DNA of 64,000 nucleotides from Octopus vulgaris. Lineage: Eukaryota. Location: assembly GCA_951406725.2 (NCBI GenBank), contig OX597824.1, forward strand, positions 21,204,001 through 21,268,000. Reading direction: 5' to 3'. A program made the translations under genes and the position numbers. This document shows positions 37,122 to 50,643 of the stretch, in pieces; position 1 is the stretch's first letter; each line of letters begins with the position of its first letter. The notes beneath the pieces are model-generated. The model was not told the origin of the DNA. It saw only the letters and a program-made list of their open reading frames with translations, and made no database searches.

Positions 37122-38399
37122 GTGTATATATGTTGTGGTTCTTAGCCCATGTCAACTCTGAAAGAACAGGCCTGTCTATTATCAAAGGTGATCTCGCTAT
37201 GACCATATCGTCTTACCACAATTTTATGTGTGACTAGCTTCATCCAACGAGACAACGAGGAAAGGACCCCTCTTGCTCGATCACCTAGCTAGAAAATAGC
37301 AGTCAAATCTCTCTCTCTATCTCAAACTACACACCTTATTATTTCATTGTTTTACTTTTTCTAATTGAAATGACACATTAGATAATGTAGTCTCACGTAT
37401 TCCTTAAGAATATCGGATGGTCATGTCTGAAACGCCTTTAATTATACGCCTGTTCGACCAGGGCTGACCTTGGGCTAAAGTGCAACTACATATGTTATCT
37501 TTGAGAAGATATAGAGTTGTATGAAAGAAGACTGTGGCTGCTAGCTGTTATTTCTAGCGGGTCAGGTCTAGTGACCACATAAAGAGGCTGAGTCTCTCTC
37601 TATATATATCTGTCTGTCTGTCTCTCTCTTTCTATATCTATCTATCTCTCAGGCTGCTGTCAACCGGCTTCATTTTTACCTTATTGTTAACTTTTCAAAT
37701 CGGATAAAACAATAGAACAAAAACACAATTAGCGAGAAAGACGAAAAAAAAAATAAATAAAAGAAAAACAAAAAAAAAACAGTATCCCGAAGCAACGTAA
37801 AAGTTGCATGTAACACAATATTTCAACTGTATAATTCTTCTTTCCCAGAGAAATATCAATGTGTTAAGTGTATAATTACTATATCAAGCACCGTCGCCAT
37901 AACGTCTATTCCGACATGGAATATTACAACTCTTGCTCGTCCCTTGCTCCTCAGTTTTATCATACATACATATTTATATACATTAAATCTGTTGTCGAAA
38001 TAAACACAGCCCTTTGTCCAGTCCCACTACAAACAATTCGTCTCAATAAAATAAATAATTCTACTTAAATTACTCAACAATTCATCCCAGAATCCTCATC
38101 CCCATCACCTACCCTCATTTTATCGATATGTCCCATTAATTCCATTTATAATTATACTGCTCTCTCTCTCTCTGCTCTTTCCTGCTTTTTTCCCCTTTCA
38201 TCAGTCAGTTTTGTCACTGTTTTTCTTCGAACAACTAAATATCCTCGATACATTTATTTATTATAATTATTTTCAGTTCCTTTTTCTTCTTTTTAAAACA
38301 AATTACTGCCCATTCTAAGAAGATACATTACCATTTAATATGTATATTTGTATATATTCAATATATAAAGCCGTGTCATATCTATCCATATATATATAT

Positions 38400-38562
38400 T
38401 GTTTGTCCCCTCTATGTTTAGCCCCTTGTGGACAGTAAAGAAATATATATATATATATATTTCTTTACTGTCCACAAGGGGCTAAACATAGAGGGGACAA
38501 ACAAGGACAGACAAAGGGATTAAGTCGATTACATCAACCCCAGTGTGAAACTGGTACTTTAT
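38400..38562. mobile_element. Tail-to-tail inverted family A SINE 3' ends around (TA)n
   Basis: TTGTTTGTCCCCTCTATG...GTAAAGAAA(TA)nTTTCTTTAC...CATAGAGGGGACAAACAA forms a perfect hairpin. Confidence 0.85.
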
Positions 38563-39049
38563 TTAATAGATAGATAAATACGTAAAAAGAACAAGGGTAA
38601 CAACACAATATTCAATTCACTTCAATTGAAGAATGATTGGGAACGAAGTAATTTAAATATTACTTGTATTAAATGGGTTGTTTTCCGTGTCTTGTTTTCT
38701 ATGATAAATTCTGCTCTGTATATATTATTACAGCCTTATTATTCTACAACTGGCCTAGGTGTGTGCGTGTGTCTATACTACACAAAGCATTTTAAAAAGA
38801 TGTAGATATTGGAGTGTGATATAATTGTATTGAGCTTTAAGTCATTGGTTACATGTACTAAATACTTAGCACATTATAGCAAGGTGTGTGTGAGGATATA
38901 CGTATATATATATGTGTGTGTGTGAATACATATTTTATATATGCATATACATGCAGTAACTGAATTTGAAGGTTCAGTTGTGGTAGATTATATGATTAGC
39001 TAAGCACGTAATATTTGCATGGTCGTTCTAGCTGTTTATCGAATAGCTT

Positions 39050-40290
39050 CTTGTATAGTTGTGATACGCATGTTCACTGTATGTCTGTATTGCATGGTTA
39101 TCTCTACGTTCACTGTATGTCTGATTATCTGGTTGTTCACTGAATGTCTAATAGATGATTACTATCTGGATGTTTCTCTGAGTGTCTAAGTGTATGGTTG
39201 TTACATGCGTGTTCGCTGTATGTCTGATGCCATGCTTGTTATATGTGTGTTCACCGTTCGTCTGATGGTATGGTTGCCATCTGTCTGTTCACTAAATGTC
39301 TGATGGTTGACATGTATGTTCACTATGAATGACCATATAGTTATATGTGTGTTCACCGTTCGTCTGATGGTATGGTTGTCACCTGTCTGTTCACTAAATG
39401 TCTGATGGTTGACATGTATGATCACTGTGTCTGATGGTATGGTTGTTATATGTACGTTCACCGTTTGTCTGATGGTATGGTTGTCATCTGTCTGTTGGCT
39501 GACTTATGTATGTTCACTGTATGTCTGATGGTATAGTTGTTATATGTATATATTAACCGTTTGTCTGATGGTATGGCTGTCATATGTATGTTCATTGAAT
39601 ATCTGATCAGATGGTTGTTATATGTACGTTTACTGTATGTCTAATCGTACGATTGTTATCTAGATGTTCAATAAATATACATTTGTATGCTTGTTATATT
39701 TAAGTTCACCATAAATTTGTATGGTTGTTATATGAATGTTCACTTTACATCAAATTGTGTATTTGTTATATGTATGTTCACTGAATGTCTAATTGTATGC
39801 TTGTTATATGTTCACCGCTTGTCTGATTGTATGGTTGTTATATTGTTACTCTATGTCTGAAAATATGATTGTTATTGTGGCGTTCTTTGAATATCTAATT
39901 GTATACCTGTCATTTCCATGCTTACCAATTACCCGATTCTACGTTTAATTTGTCGAATATTTGAGTGTATGGTTGTCATTCAGATGTTCACGAAATGTCT
40001 CGTATGATTATATCTAGATGTTCACTAAATGGCTGATTGTCATCGAGATGTTCACGAAACATCTGATTCTATTTTTATTAACTAGTTGTTCACCTTACGT
40101 CTAATTGAGTGGTTCTCAGTTATCTGGATGTTCACTGTCTGATTGTATGGTTTGTTAACTAGATGTTGAGTGAATGTCTGATATGGTTTATCTAGTTGTT
40201 CACTGAATATCTTATTTATATAGTTGCATATTTGGCTGTTTACAGTGTGTGTCATTGTATAGTTATTTCCTGGATGTTCACTATCTGTTG
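39050..40290. repeat. Degenerate ~38-bp minisatellite, roughly 30 units
   Basis: Recurrent GTTATATGTATGTTCACTGTATGTCTGATGGTATGGTT-like unit. Confidence 0.88.
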
Positions 40291-41029
40291 TTTAGCTACA
40301 GGTTAACACTAATAGAACAGACCTGTGTCCAAAGACTTTCCAGTCGTAACCATTTTGTGTCTTTAAAGTCATGTCATGTACAAGTATATTATCTAACAGC
40401 CTTTTTTCCACCTTAAATTTAAGGTAGCGTATAATTAAAGGGATGTTTAGCTGTTTTATTTAGCACGTCATACAACAACGTAGAAGTCATGTCGTCGGTT
40501 CATCCATGTATGTTTGGAAAATAAATCACAATTTAATTACTAAAAGTATGTTTGATTGCCTGATTGTTTTCCGGATGTTCAGTGCTGGTTGGGTGGTCGC
40601 TGACAAATCTAACTTGCAGAAGTAATGCTATTCTCGAAATTAATTCAAAGCATGTTTGCATCAACGTGAACGGTTGACATGAATAAATTTGATTTTATTT
40701 TTATCAATACGATTTCGATAGTTCCTCTTCGCATTGTGTGTGCACGTGTGTATATATATGTGTATGTGTTTTTATCAATCTATTGTCTGATTTGACTCTA
40801 GCATAGATTGTCAAAACACTCGCTTTTGTTTCTCATTGACAATGATGTGTTTTACTCATTTATCTTCTGCTCTCTCTTCCCCTGACAATTTACATTTGAA
40901 GACCATTTTTGTTCAGGCACACACACACTCTCTCTCTCACGCGTACATACTTATGAAATTTATTGTGATTAAGAACGAATAAGTTTCTAATCGTTGTTGT
41001 TGTTTGGCTCCAGGACAACCCTGACTGAT

Positions 41030-41700
41030 GGGCCATGAACATCTCGTCTTTCTATTCCACACATATTTTCCTTATATTTTCAATACGGTAGATTCGAAGG
41101 CAATTTGGCTGCTATCTCTAGCAGTTCAAATGACCTCGTAGAGGGGGTGGGATGGGTCACAGATTAACGAATAATAGTATTCCAGCCGTGAACATCTCGT
41201 CTTTCTCGTCCACACATATTCTACTCGCGAACATTTTCCAATGTATTCTTCCTTATATTTTCAATACGGTAGACTGATTCGAAGGTAATTTGGCTGCTAT
41301 CTCTAGCAGTTCAAATGACCTCGTAGAGGGGTTGGGATGGATCACAGATTGATGATTAAAAGTATTCCAGCCGTGAACATCTCGTCTTTTTTTTTCCTAC
41401 ACATAGTGTATCCTTCCAAACAACATTTTTCCCAATGTGTCGTTCCTTTTACTTTCAAGACAGCAGTCTGTCATTCGAAGGCTATTCGGCTGCCATCTCT
41501 AGCAGTTCAAATAACCTCGTAGAGGGGTTGAGATGGGTCACATATTGATGAATTATAGTATTCCAGCCGTGAACATCTCGTCTTTTTTTTTCCTACACAC
41601 AGTGTATCCTTCCAAACAACATTTTTCCTAATGTGTCGTTCCTTTCGAAGGTTATTCGGCTGCTATCTCTAGCAGTTCAAATGACCACGTAGGGGAAGGG
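41030..41700 (+). repeat. Four tandem 150-200-bp units derived from an old dispersed repeat
   Basis: GAACATCTCGTCTTT...GGCTGCTATCTCTAGCAGTTCAAATGACC occurs four times. Related pieces lie near 3170, 37280, 37540 and 40450. Confidence 0.85.
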
Positions 41701-42389
41701 GTCCCCGTCTGTTAGTTTATATGTTTTATGGTTTTTTCCCCTTCAGCTCTCTTCTTCACTGATATTTCGATGTCAAAGAGCTCAAATTTACACCATGCTT
41801 CTCTTCTGATTGTTTCGCCGGTGGCATTTCTGCTCATTCAAGTGAGAAAGAAAGAAAGATGCAGAGAAATATAAGCACGAACAGAAGCGACCTCTTTTTC
41901 TCACTTATCTCCCCTTGCTCTACATAGATTACCCTGCTTTTCCTCTTCTTCTTCATCATCATATTCAGCAGTGTAGTTTTGTACTTTCAATTTCAAACAA
42001 TGTTGTGTGTATGTTATACATTAAAAGATGTAAAGCAGTTATTATTATTATTATTATGGATAATATTAGTTGCTTCCCTCACTCGCATCGTCACTGTCGA
42101 TGTTTGTTTGGCAGTGGGGTTTATTAAATGCTCTTTCTGTAACAGATTTGTTTTGGCTGTTTTTGCCAGGAAAAAAGAGTTATGTCGGATCTCACTCTCT
42201 CTTTTGCTCCCTTCCTCTCTCTATGTAAAATAAATAAAAAAAGATTACGTATTTATGTGTGTATCTCATATATATATATGTATATGTATGTGTGTGTGTG
42301 TGTATGTATGTATATGTATATATATATGTGTATATATGTATGAATGTATGTATGTGTGTATGTATTTCAGGCGTATGTGTCATAATATA

Positions 42390-42618
42390 TACGGGGGAGT
42401 GCTGCGAAGTTCCTGGCTTTGAAGGTGTCGCGAAAGGTCTGGTTGGAGGCCGGACTTTCCGAGGTCTTTTATAGGGATTAGAAAAAAAAAACCTGAAAGA
42501 CCACTGCAATAAGTGTGTGAATCCGAGAGGGGGAATATGTCGAATAAAATCATAATTAACAGATCCTCCTATATTTTCTTTTACCCAAAGCCAGGAACTT
42601 TTCAGCCTTCCCTCTTAT
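42390..42618 (+). mobile_element. Internally deleted mariner element
   Basis: TIRs as at 9590. Retains a frameshifted KCV..RGEYVE-stop-like transposase C-terminus. Confidence 0.75.
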
Positions 42619-42666
42619 ATAAATACGTGTAAAGCACATCTATACGTAGACGTGTGTGCATACAAA

Positions 42667-42713
<47 letters not shown>

Positions 42714-42721
42714 TAGGCTTT

Positions 42722-42769
<48 letters not shown>

Positions 42770-43714
42770 GATGTATGCATGCAGGCATGCTTGCACGGAC
42801 ATAACATATAGTTCGCGTTTTACTTGGCAGCCCCTTCCATCTTTGAAATGGTGGTGAGTCAGTGGTGAAACCCTTAAGATGGAAAATTCGACAGACACAC
42901 AGATAAAACCAACAACAACAAAAATGCATTTTCTAAGGAGACAGGATACAATAAATATATGTACTCAAAAATCGAACTTTTCTTTTTTTACTACAACAAA
43001 CACGTTATGATTATATTTCTGGCGATAAGACTGTGTTGCTTTGTTTAAGACATATCTTAATATATGTATGATCGTAGTAACGTGTACTAAGACAGGCTGG
43101 TAACGTTACAACATATTATTTAGTAGTACAAAATAATAATAAAAAAAATTACTTCTTCCTTCTCGTTCTTCTCTCTTTATTTTCACTGAACGAGGAATTA
43201 CGAGTGACAATTACAATTTTTTATTGAAAATTCCTAACGTTCAGTAGTTATTTTTTCTTCTTTTCCACTTAATATCATTACTGTAGCGAATAATAAAGCA
43301 AAGCACTACATCGGAGATCAATCGCAAACTACTGCTTCCCAACATCTTAGCTTGGCACACATCCTGGATAAAACGGGATGGATATAACTAATTATCATAC
43401 TGATATCCCAATAAGACGGTAGATAAGAATAATACTGATAATAAAAATAATAATTGTCCGTCCATATTAGCTTTTCTTTTCTTAATTTTTTTCCCCCAAG
43501 GAATATCTTGTAAAAGAACAATTTCCTCGTTAACCTATATTCTCTTCCGTTTCGGGGAGACTTTATCATTCATTCAAGCTTGATAAGTTTTTCATACATT
43601 ATCTTTGTAGGAATGGTCCTATTTAGCGAACAGTTTATCGATAAATTGTTAGATACAGATCTGATTACGTTATTTTTTCCCCCTCCTCCTTGCCATAATA
43701 GCTTCTATTCATTC

Positions 43715-43745
<31 letters not shown>

Positions 43746-44292
43746 ATGTGTGTGTGTGTCTTGTTCAAACAAGCCAAACTAGTTAAATATGAAAGTAGCT
43801 TCTTTTCTGTGACGGGCGAAATTCATTAATTCGTTCTTTCGTTCAAGCTCGCTTTTGAGAAAGCACTACACATATTGGGCATATGGTTTAACATATACTA
43901 CGATACTATTATATTTTATGGCTGTTTCCATAATAACAGGAGCTGATTATCATTATTATTCTTACAGAGAAAGACAACTAACTGCAACAGTCACTTATAT
44001 TTTAGGCATTTGAGCTATTTTAACTTTTCCCTATTCATCGACCTTCAATTGATTTTATCGTTTTGGATCTGGTTTATACTTAAAGATTAGATGTATATAT
44101 ACATACATGTGTATATATGTATATGCTTATATATATACGCATATACAGACACGCACATAATACACATATATGTATACGTATGGATATATATATGTTTATA
44201 TATAAATATATATGTATATAGATACACATTTATATATATATCTATCTCTATATGTATGTACGTGTGTGACTATGTATGTATGCATGCATCTG

Positions 44293-44324
<32 letters not shown>

Positions 44325-44444
44325 CACGCACACATACATAGACGTCTATATTTTTACACACTCACACACACACACACATACATACATACATACATACATA
44401 CATACATACATACATACATACATACATGCATGCATGCATGCATG

Positions 44445-44489
<45 letters not shown>

Positions 44490-44963
44490 GATGATGATGA
44501 TGATATGTATATATATATATAAGTATATGTATATATATATAAGTATATGTATATATATATAAGTATATGTATATATATATAAGTATATATATATATATAT
44601 AAGTATATATATATATACATATAAGTATATATATACATATAAGTATATATATATACATATAAGTATATATATATACATATAAGTATATATACACATATAA
44701 GTATATATACTTACATATATATACACACACAATACACGTATATATTGTAATTGTAGTAAAGATTCCATAAATATCGCAGTGGGACTATAATATGCACTAA
44801 ATGCATATCAAACCAAGCTAGCCATTTCCTTAATTCAAAATAAACAATAAGCATTCTAGGTAAATTAATAGAAGCTGAAATTTCAGTCCAAATTCTTATG
44901 CAACTGGGTTGCTTTGTAAATCAGAATTTAAACAAGGCAGGCAACATATGAAACGGTTTCTAG

Positions 44964-45023
<60 letters not shown>

Positions 45024-45920
45024 GTGATTATTGCTATTATAAAATGATTAGTTTTTTTATGTATGTTATTAATATATATATACACCAGTTTACCAAAACC
45101 TCTGTGGTCGGGCATACAATGGATGTTTAAACGATTAAGGACTTTTAAAATGGTTCCAATTTAGTTTTTGTATCGTATTTTTACCATCAAGACTCTTGTG
45201 TGTATGTGTATGCATGTTTATGCCTATGTATGTGTGGTTGTATTTATGCATGTGTGTATATATGAGTATATATATGCACGTACACGTACACATACAAATA
45301 TAAATTCATGTGTATATGAATGTATGTATCTATGTAAGTATCTGTATGCATATATACAGATATATGCTAACACAAGGTCCCACTGCATGGCACCTTGGGC
45401 AAGTGTCTTCTTCTATAACCTCGGGCTGATCAAAGCCTCGTGTGTAGATTTGGGAGACAGAAAGTGAAAAACCCATTCTGTCAGGCTTAAACGAAAAGTA
45501 CTGGGCTCGATTTGTTTGACAAAAATTCTTCAAGGTGGTGCCCCAGCATGGCCACAGTCTAATCACTGAAACGAATAAAAGATGAAAGATATATTTATAT
45601 TCCATACCTGTCATCTCTGAAGAGCACTCAGTATTACTGTGCTGTTAGCTGACATCTGGTTTTAATATCCAGTGTGAAACCTATTGGTAAGATTGACCAA
45701 AATGTGCCTATAATATGTCATTGGCCTTGGAAAATATTTGATAAAGCCTGAAATTTTTAGCCTTGAAGGTCATAAGAAAAGGCAATATACTTGCAATTCA
45801 TTTCTGTTTTGAAGACTTTTTCTCTTCTGATAGTTTATAGAGGGAATGATTCAATTCAACAGATGTTTGGATCAAATAACAGATATACTGCATTCTCGAG
45901 CTATTAATTTTGCTATATAC

Positions 45921-46150
45921 ATATGAAATTAAATAAATGACAAAGGAACAGGAATTGCATAATAAACTTAATTAAGCTTACAGCTGTTTCTGTTATGAGA
46001 TGCTGTGTACTTAGAGCTAATGCTTCTGCATCATCTTATGGCTTCCTCAGAGCTGAACGCATTGCATCTTACAGCAGCAGAAACAGCTGTGAGCTAATGA
46101 AGTTGATTATGTAATTCCTGTTTTTCCTTGTCATTTATTTAATTTCATAT
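45921..46150. repeat. Diverged palindrome with a minus-strand hammerhead-like motif (45973-46054)
   Basis: Termini ATATGAAATTAAATAAATGACAA / TTGTCATTTATTTAATTTCATAT. The minus strand reads AGCT-CTGAGGA-...-GAAA-CAGCTG-TA-AGCT. Confidence 0.75.
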
Positions 46151-46254
46151 CATTTTCTGTATTTTGTGCTTGACTAACGTTATTCTGAATCATAAGGACA
46201 TCGGGTTCTAGCACCAAGTTATTGGGACTGTTATGCTTAAGCAAAACCTTTCTC

Positions 46255-46841
46255 TGCGTGGCTGTGTGGTAAGAAGCTTGCTTCCCAACCACATGGTTCC
46301 AGGTTCAATCCCACTGTGTGGCACTGTGGGCAAGTGTCTTCTATTATAGCCTCAGGCCGACCAAGGCCTTGTGTGTGGATTTGGTTGGCGGAAACTGAAA
46401 GAAGCCTGCAGTATATATATATGTGTGTGTGTGTGTGTGTATATATATATGCATACATTTGTGTCTGTGTTTGTCCCACCACCATTGCTTGACAACCGAT
46501 GTTGGTGTGTTTACTTTTCCATAACTTAGTGGTTTGGCAAAAGAGACCAATAAAATAAGTACTAGGCTTACAAAAAATAAGTCCCAGGATCAATTTGTTT
46601 GATTAAAGGCAGTGCTCCAGCATGGCCACAAGCAAATGACTGAAACAAGTAATATATATATATATATATAGGCGTAGGAGTGGCTGTGTGGTAAGTAGCT
46701 TGTTTACCAACCACATGGTTCCGGGTTCAGTCCCACTGCATGGCACCTTGGGCAAGTGTCTTCTACTATAGCCTCGGGCCGACCAAAGCCTTGTGAGTGG
46801 ATTTGGTAGACAGAAACTGAAAGAAGCCCGCTGTATATATG

Positions 46842-46872
<31 letters not shown>

Positions 46873-47074
46873 TTGTGTGTCTGTGTTTGTCCCCCTAGCA
46901 TTGCTTGACAACCGATGCTGGTGTGTTTATGTCCCTGTTACTTAGCGGTTCGGCAAAAGTGACTGATAGATGGGCTTACAAAAGAATAAGTCCCGGGGTC
47001 GAGTTGCTCGATTAAAGGCAGTGCTCCAGCATGGCCGCAGTCAAATGCCTGAAACAAGTAAAAGAGTAAAAGAG
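46255..47074 (+). mobile_element. Two tandem family B SINEs (46255-46650 and 46671-47074)
   Basis: Family head, microsatellite and tail in each copy. Confidence 0.87.
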
Positions 47075-47414
47075 ATATATACATGTGGTATACATTATAT
47101 ATATATATATTTGTAGATATAATTTATGTGTATGTATGTATTCATGCATATATATTATTAAACTATCATTTTATTTCTGTAGGATCTTGGATTAATGAAG
47201 CTATGGAATTCTTGTGCAAAATGAGTACCTTATTGTTGTTGGGGTGCTTAAGAACTATTCCCAAATATAAGCTAATATATTATTATATTTTTTCTTACTC
47301 AGATGTCATTTATTGAACGTCGGTAGGCAGTAGATGTTGATTTAGTTATTCTCGAAAACGTATTGTAAATTAAATTGAAAAATTTAGGTTATTTATGATT
47401 TTTATTGTTTGAGC

Positions 47415-47746
47415 TTACATTCCTTATGAGAGCTCAAAATCTCTCGTGGAAGCGTCATCCAACCAAAGTACAAATATATGGGAAACTACCACCTGTATCA
47501 TCTCTTTTGAAAGGTAGAAGAGTCCAGTTTGCTGGACATTGTTGTAGAGCTGAAAACGAGGTAATTTCTACTCTTCTCCTCTGGAAGCCATCTGCTCGCG
47601 ATACCAGAGGGTGCACACTCTCCTACCCTGATGTAATCTCCAGGGATACAGGCATCGAGCAACAGGACCTCTGTAATGCTATGATGGACCGTGAAGTCTG
47701 GCGTAACATAGTAAATTCCATTGTCTCGACCACGGTCAAACAATGA
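47415..47746 (+). mobile_element. RTE/RTEX-like LINE ORF C-terminus (5'-truncated)
   Basis: LSWKRHPT...RRVQFAGHC...LLLWKP...AMMDREVWR, a typical RTE-group terminus. Confidence 0.8.
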
Positions 47747-47989
47747 ATATTTGAATAAATCAATCCTCTATGTTATCACTGTGATCTAAGATTGTTATTT
47801 CAATCCTGCCTATTCAAACCAGTAAAATATTAATATCTATTCATCCATCTTTTCTGCCCACTGTTTCTGGGAAAGTTTTAGGGGTAGCGTCTTCAGAAGC
47901 AGCCATCATTACGCTTTACTTCATCATGATCAACTGAGGTTATGGATATTATCCAACCATTCTGCTCTTGGTATACCCCTAGGTCACCT

Positions 47990-48222
47990 GAAGGTGGCGA
48001 GCTGGCAGAAACGTTAGCATGCCGGGCGAAATACTTAGCGGTATTTTGTCTGCCGTTACGTTCTGAGTTCAATTTCCGCCAAGGTCGACTTTGCCTGTTA
48101 TCCTTTCGGGGTTGATTAAATAAGTACCAGTTACGCACTGGGGTTGATATAATTGGCATAATCCGTGTGTCTGTCCTTGTTTGTCCTCTCTGTGTTTAGC
48201 CCCTCGTGGGTAGTAAAGAAAT
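47990..48222 (+). mobile_element. SINE family A monomer with a 20-bp TSD
   Basis: GTATACCCCTAGGTCACCTG on both sides. Confidence 0.9.
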
Positions 48223-48964
48223 ATGTATACCCCTAGGTCACCTGCCACTTTGGCTCAGTTTGAAGAATCTATATCGTGATCCTTCCCTGCGAATTTCTAA
48301 TCACATGTCCAGTACTGGAGCTGTGATCTCTCAAAGTACCAGAGCTGTGATCTCTTGTGGCTCAACTTGGAAAGACTTCCTGATCTATGAGCTGTGCACC
48401 CTGTCAAGTAATGGTATTCTAGAGATACTTAGGAGAAACCTCTGTTTTGTTTACCATAGGCAAGGATGGGCACCTCAATGAAGCTGAAGATAGGGAGTTT
48501 GGCCCTTTTTTTTTACCAACTTCTCTTCTTTTGAGGATCAAATTCTGGAGCTAGTGCATTATTGTATGGGTCCAGTAGAAATACCAGCTTGGTTCCTGGC
48601 ATGAATAAGACCATCATAAAAAGCAATATGGAAAAAGGGTTCAAGACAAAAAATACTAATATGCTCCTTTCTACTATAGACACAAGGCCTGGAATTTTGG
48701 GGGAGTGGTTAGTCGATTACATCATCCCCCAGCATGCAACTGGTACTTATTTAGTGAACCCTGAAAGAATGAAAGGCAAAGTCAACCTTGGCAGAATTTG
48801 AAAGCAGAACAGAAAACCAAAAGAAATACTGTTAAACATTTCGTCTGGCACAGTAAGGATTCTGCCAATTTGCTGCCTTATTTATCTTTCACCAAATATT
48901 GTGTAGTTTGGTATGGAACAATAAAGTCAGTTTCATGGTTCCTTAATTTTCATGAGTGTAGGTA

Positions 48965-49386
48965 AAGGCGGTGAGCTGACTGAATCGTTAGCACGCCAGG
49001 TGAAATGCTTAGCGGCATTTTGTCTGCCTTTACGTTCTGAGTTCAAATTCCGCTGAGGTTGACTTTGCCTTTCATCCTTTCGGGGTCGATAAATTAAGTA
49101 CTAGTTACGCACTGGGGTCGATATAATCGACTTAATCCGTTTGTCTGTCCTTGTTGGTTCCCTCTGTCTTTAGCCCCTTGTGGGTAGTAAAGAAATAGGT
49201 AATTTGTCTGCCGTTACATTCTGAGTTCAAATTCCGCTGAGGTTGACTTTGCCTTTCATCCTTTCGGGGTCGATAAATTAAGTACCAGTTATGCACTGGG
49301 GTCGATATAATCAACTTAATCCGTTTGTCTGTCCTTGTTTGTCCTCTCTGTGTTTAGCCCCTTGTGGGTAGTAAAGAAATAGGTAT
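48965..49386 (+). mobile_element. SINE family A, head plus two units
   Basis: AAGAAATAG|GTAATTTG junction. Confidence 0.87.
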
Positions 49387-49833
49387 GGCTGGGTGGTTAA
49401 GAATATTGCTGTTATAGCTACAGTATCTTGGGTTCAATCCACTGTATGATGGTTCAGCTTCAAGTCAACCCCTGAAGTCTTATGGATGAAATTTGGTAGA
49501 CAAGGACAGTATGGAAACCTGTTGAAGATACCATTTGTTATCATGCAGAAAACTCAATCCATCACTTGGTTTAATAACACCACCTGGCCCTTGTAAGCAT
49601 TTAGGCTATTTCTTGGGTCTGAGAATAACTTCCCCCTTTATTCTTACAGGTAACAGAGGATCCTGAAAAGGGTCATGGCCATTGCACACCCTCCTCTGAC
49701 AAACCCTAAACCATTCTTTCATGTTGAATACTGGGATCACTGTAATCAACTAGCCCTGCTCCACCAAAATTTCAAGACTCGTATGCATGTGGTAGAAAGT
49801 AGAAAGAAATATGCGAAAAGCAAATGTTTTAAA

Positions 49834-50212
49834 TCTCTCTATATATAAAGCTGAAGTTGTTTGTGTATGGCAGGTTTGGTAGCCTTCAACTAACACTATC
49901 TCCTCCGAGACCCTGCAGCGCAAGCTGACTAAAATTGAGGGTATGCTCTTCATTCCGTAGAAGAAAAAATTCAAATCAGACCATGTTAACACCAAAAATT
50001 ATTTACACTAAGAAGGTGCTTTATTTGTATGAAAAATCCCTATTTTTTTACGATTTTTTGACTGCTGTGTCACCATTTTTCGGTGTATTTCAACCAGAAA
50101 AATGTTCACTTAAAGAGAATAACAAGCTAGATAATGCAAAATTTTTACTTTTCAAAAATTCCAATTCTAAAGAGTCGACACAAACCCGAGCAACACGAGG
50201 CGATACTGCTGG
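49834..50212 (+). mobile_element. Non-autonomous Helitron-like element
   Basis: A|TC 5' end, GC-rich subterminal hairpin, 3' CTGG|T (CTRR), no TSD. Second copy at 62898. Confidence 0.75.
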
Positions 50213-50369
50213 TTTATACTAATCATAAGTCATTAGAATACACTTCAAGAGTGTTGATTTTTAGGCAGCAGGTTGTCAGAGTCTTTACGCTGTTGGCTGC
50301 GATGCCACATGGTATTTGTCTCAGGTCTCTGCACTCTGAGTTCAAATTCCATTTTTTTTTTCCAGAATC

Positions 50370-50600
50370 AAAAAGCACCAACCGATCGTGGCCGTTGCCA
50401 GCCTCCCCTGGTACCTGTGCCGGTGGCACGTAAAAAGCACCTGCTACATTCAAGGTGTGGTTGGCCTTAGGAAGGTCATCCACCTGTAGAAACACTGCCA
50501 GATCAGACTGGGCCTGGTGCAGCCTCCTGGCTTCCCAGACCCCGGTCAAACCATCCAAGCCATGCTAGCATGGAAAGCGGACGTTAAACAATGAGGATGA

Positions 50601-50643
<43 letters not shown>

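Noticed and set aside
47165-47316. Acceptor-like TTTATTTCTGTAG followed by an open frame
   Set aside because: The translation (GSWINEAMEF...) does not match BRSK exon 2 and there is no good donor
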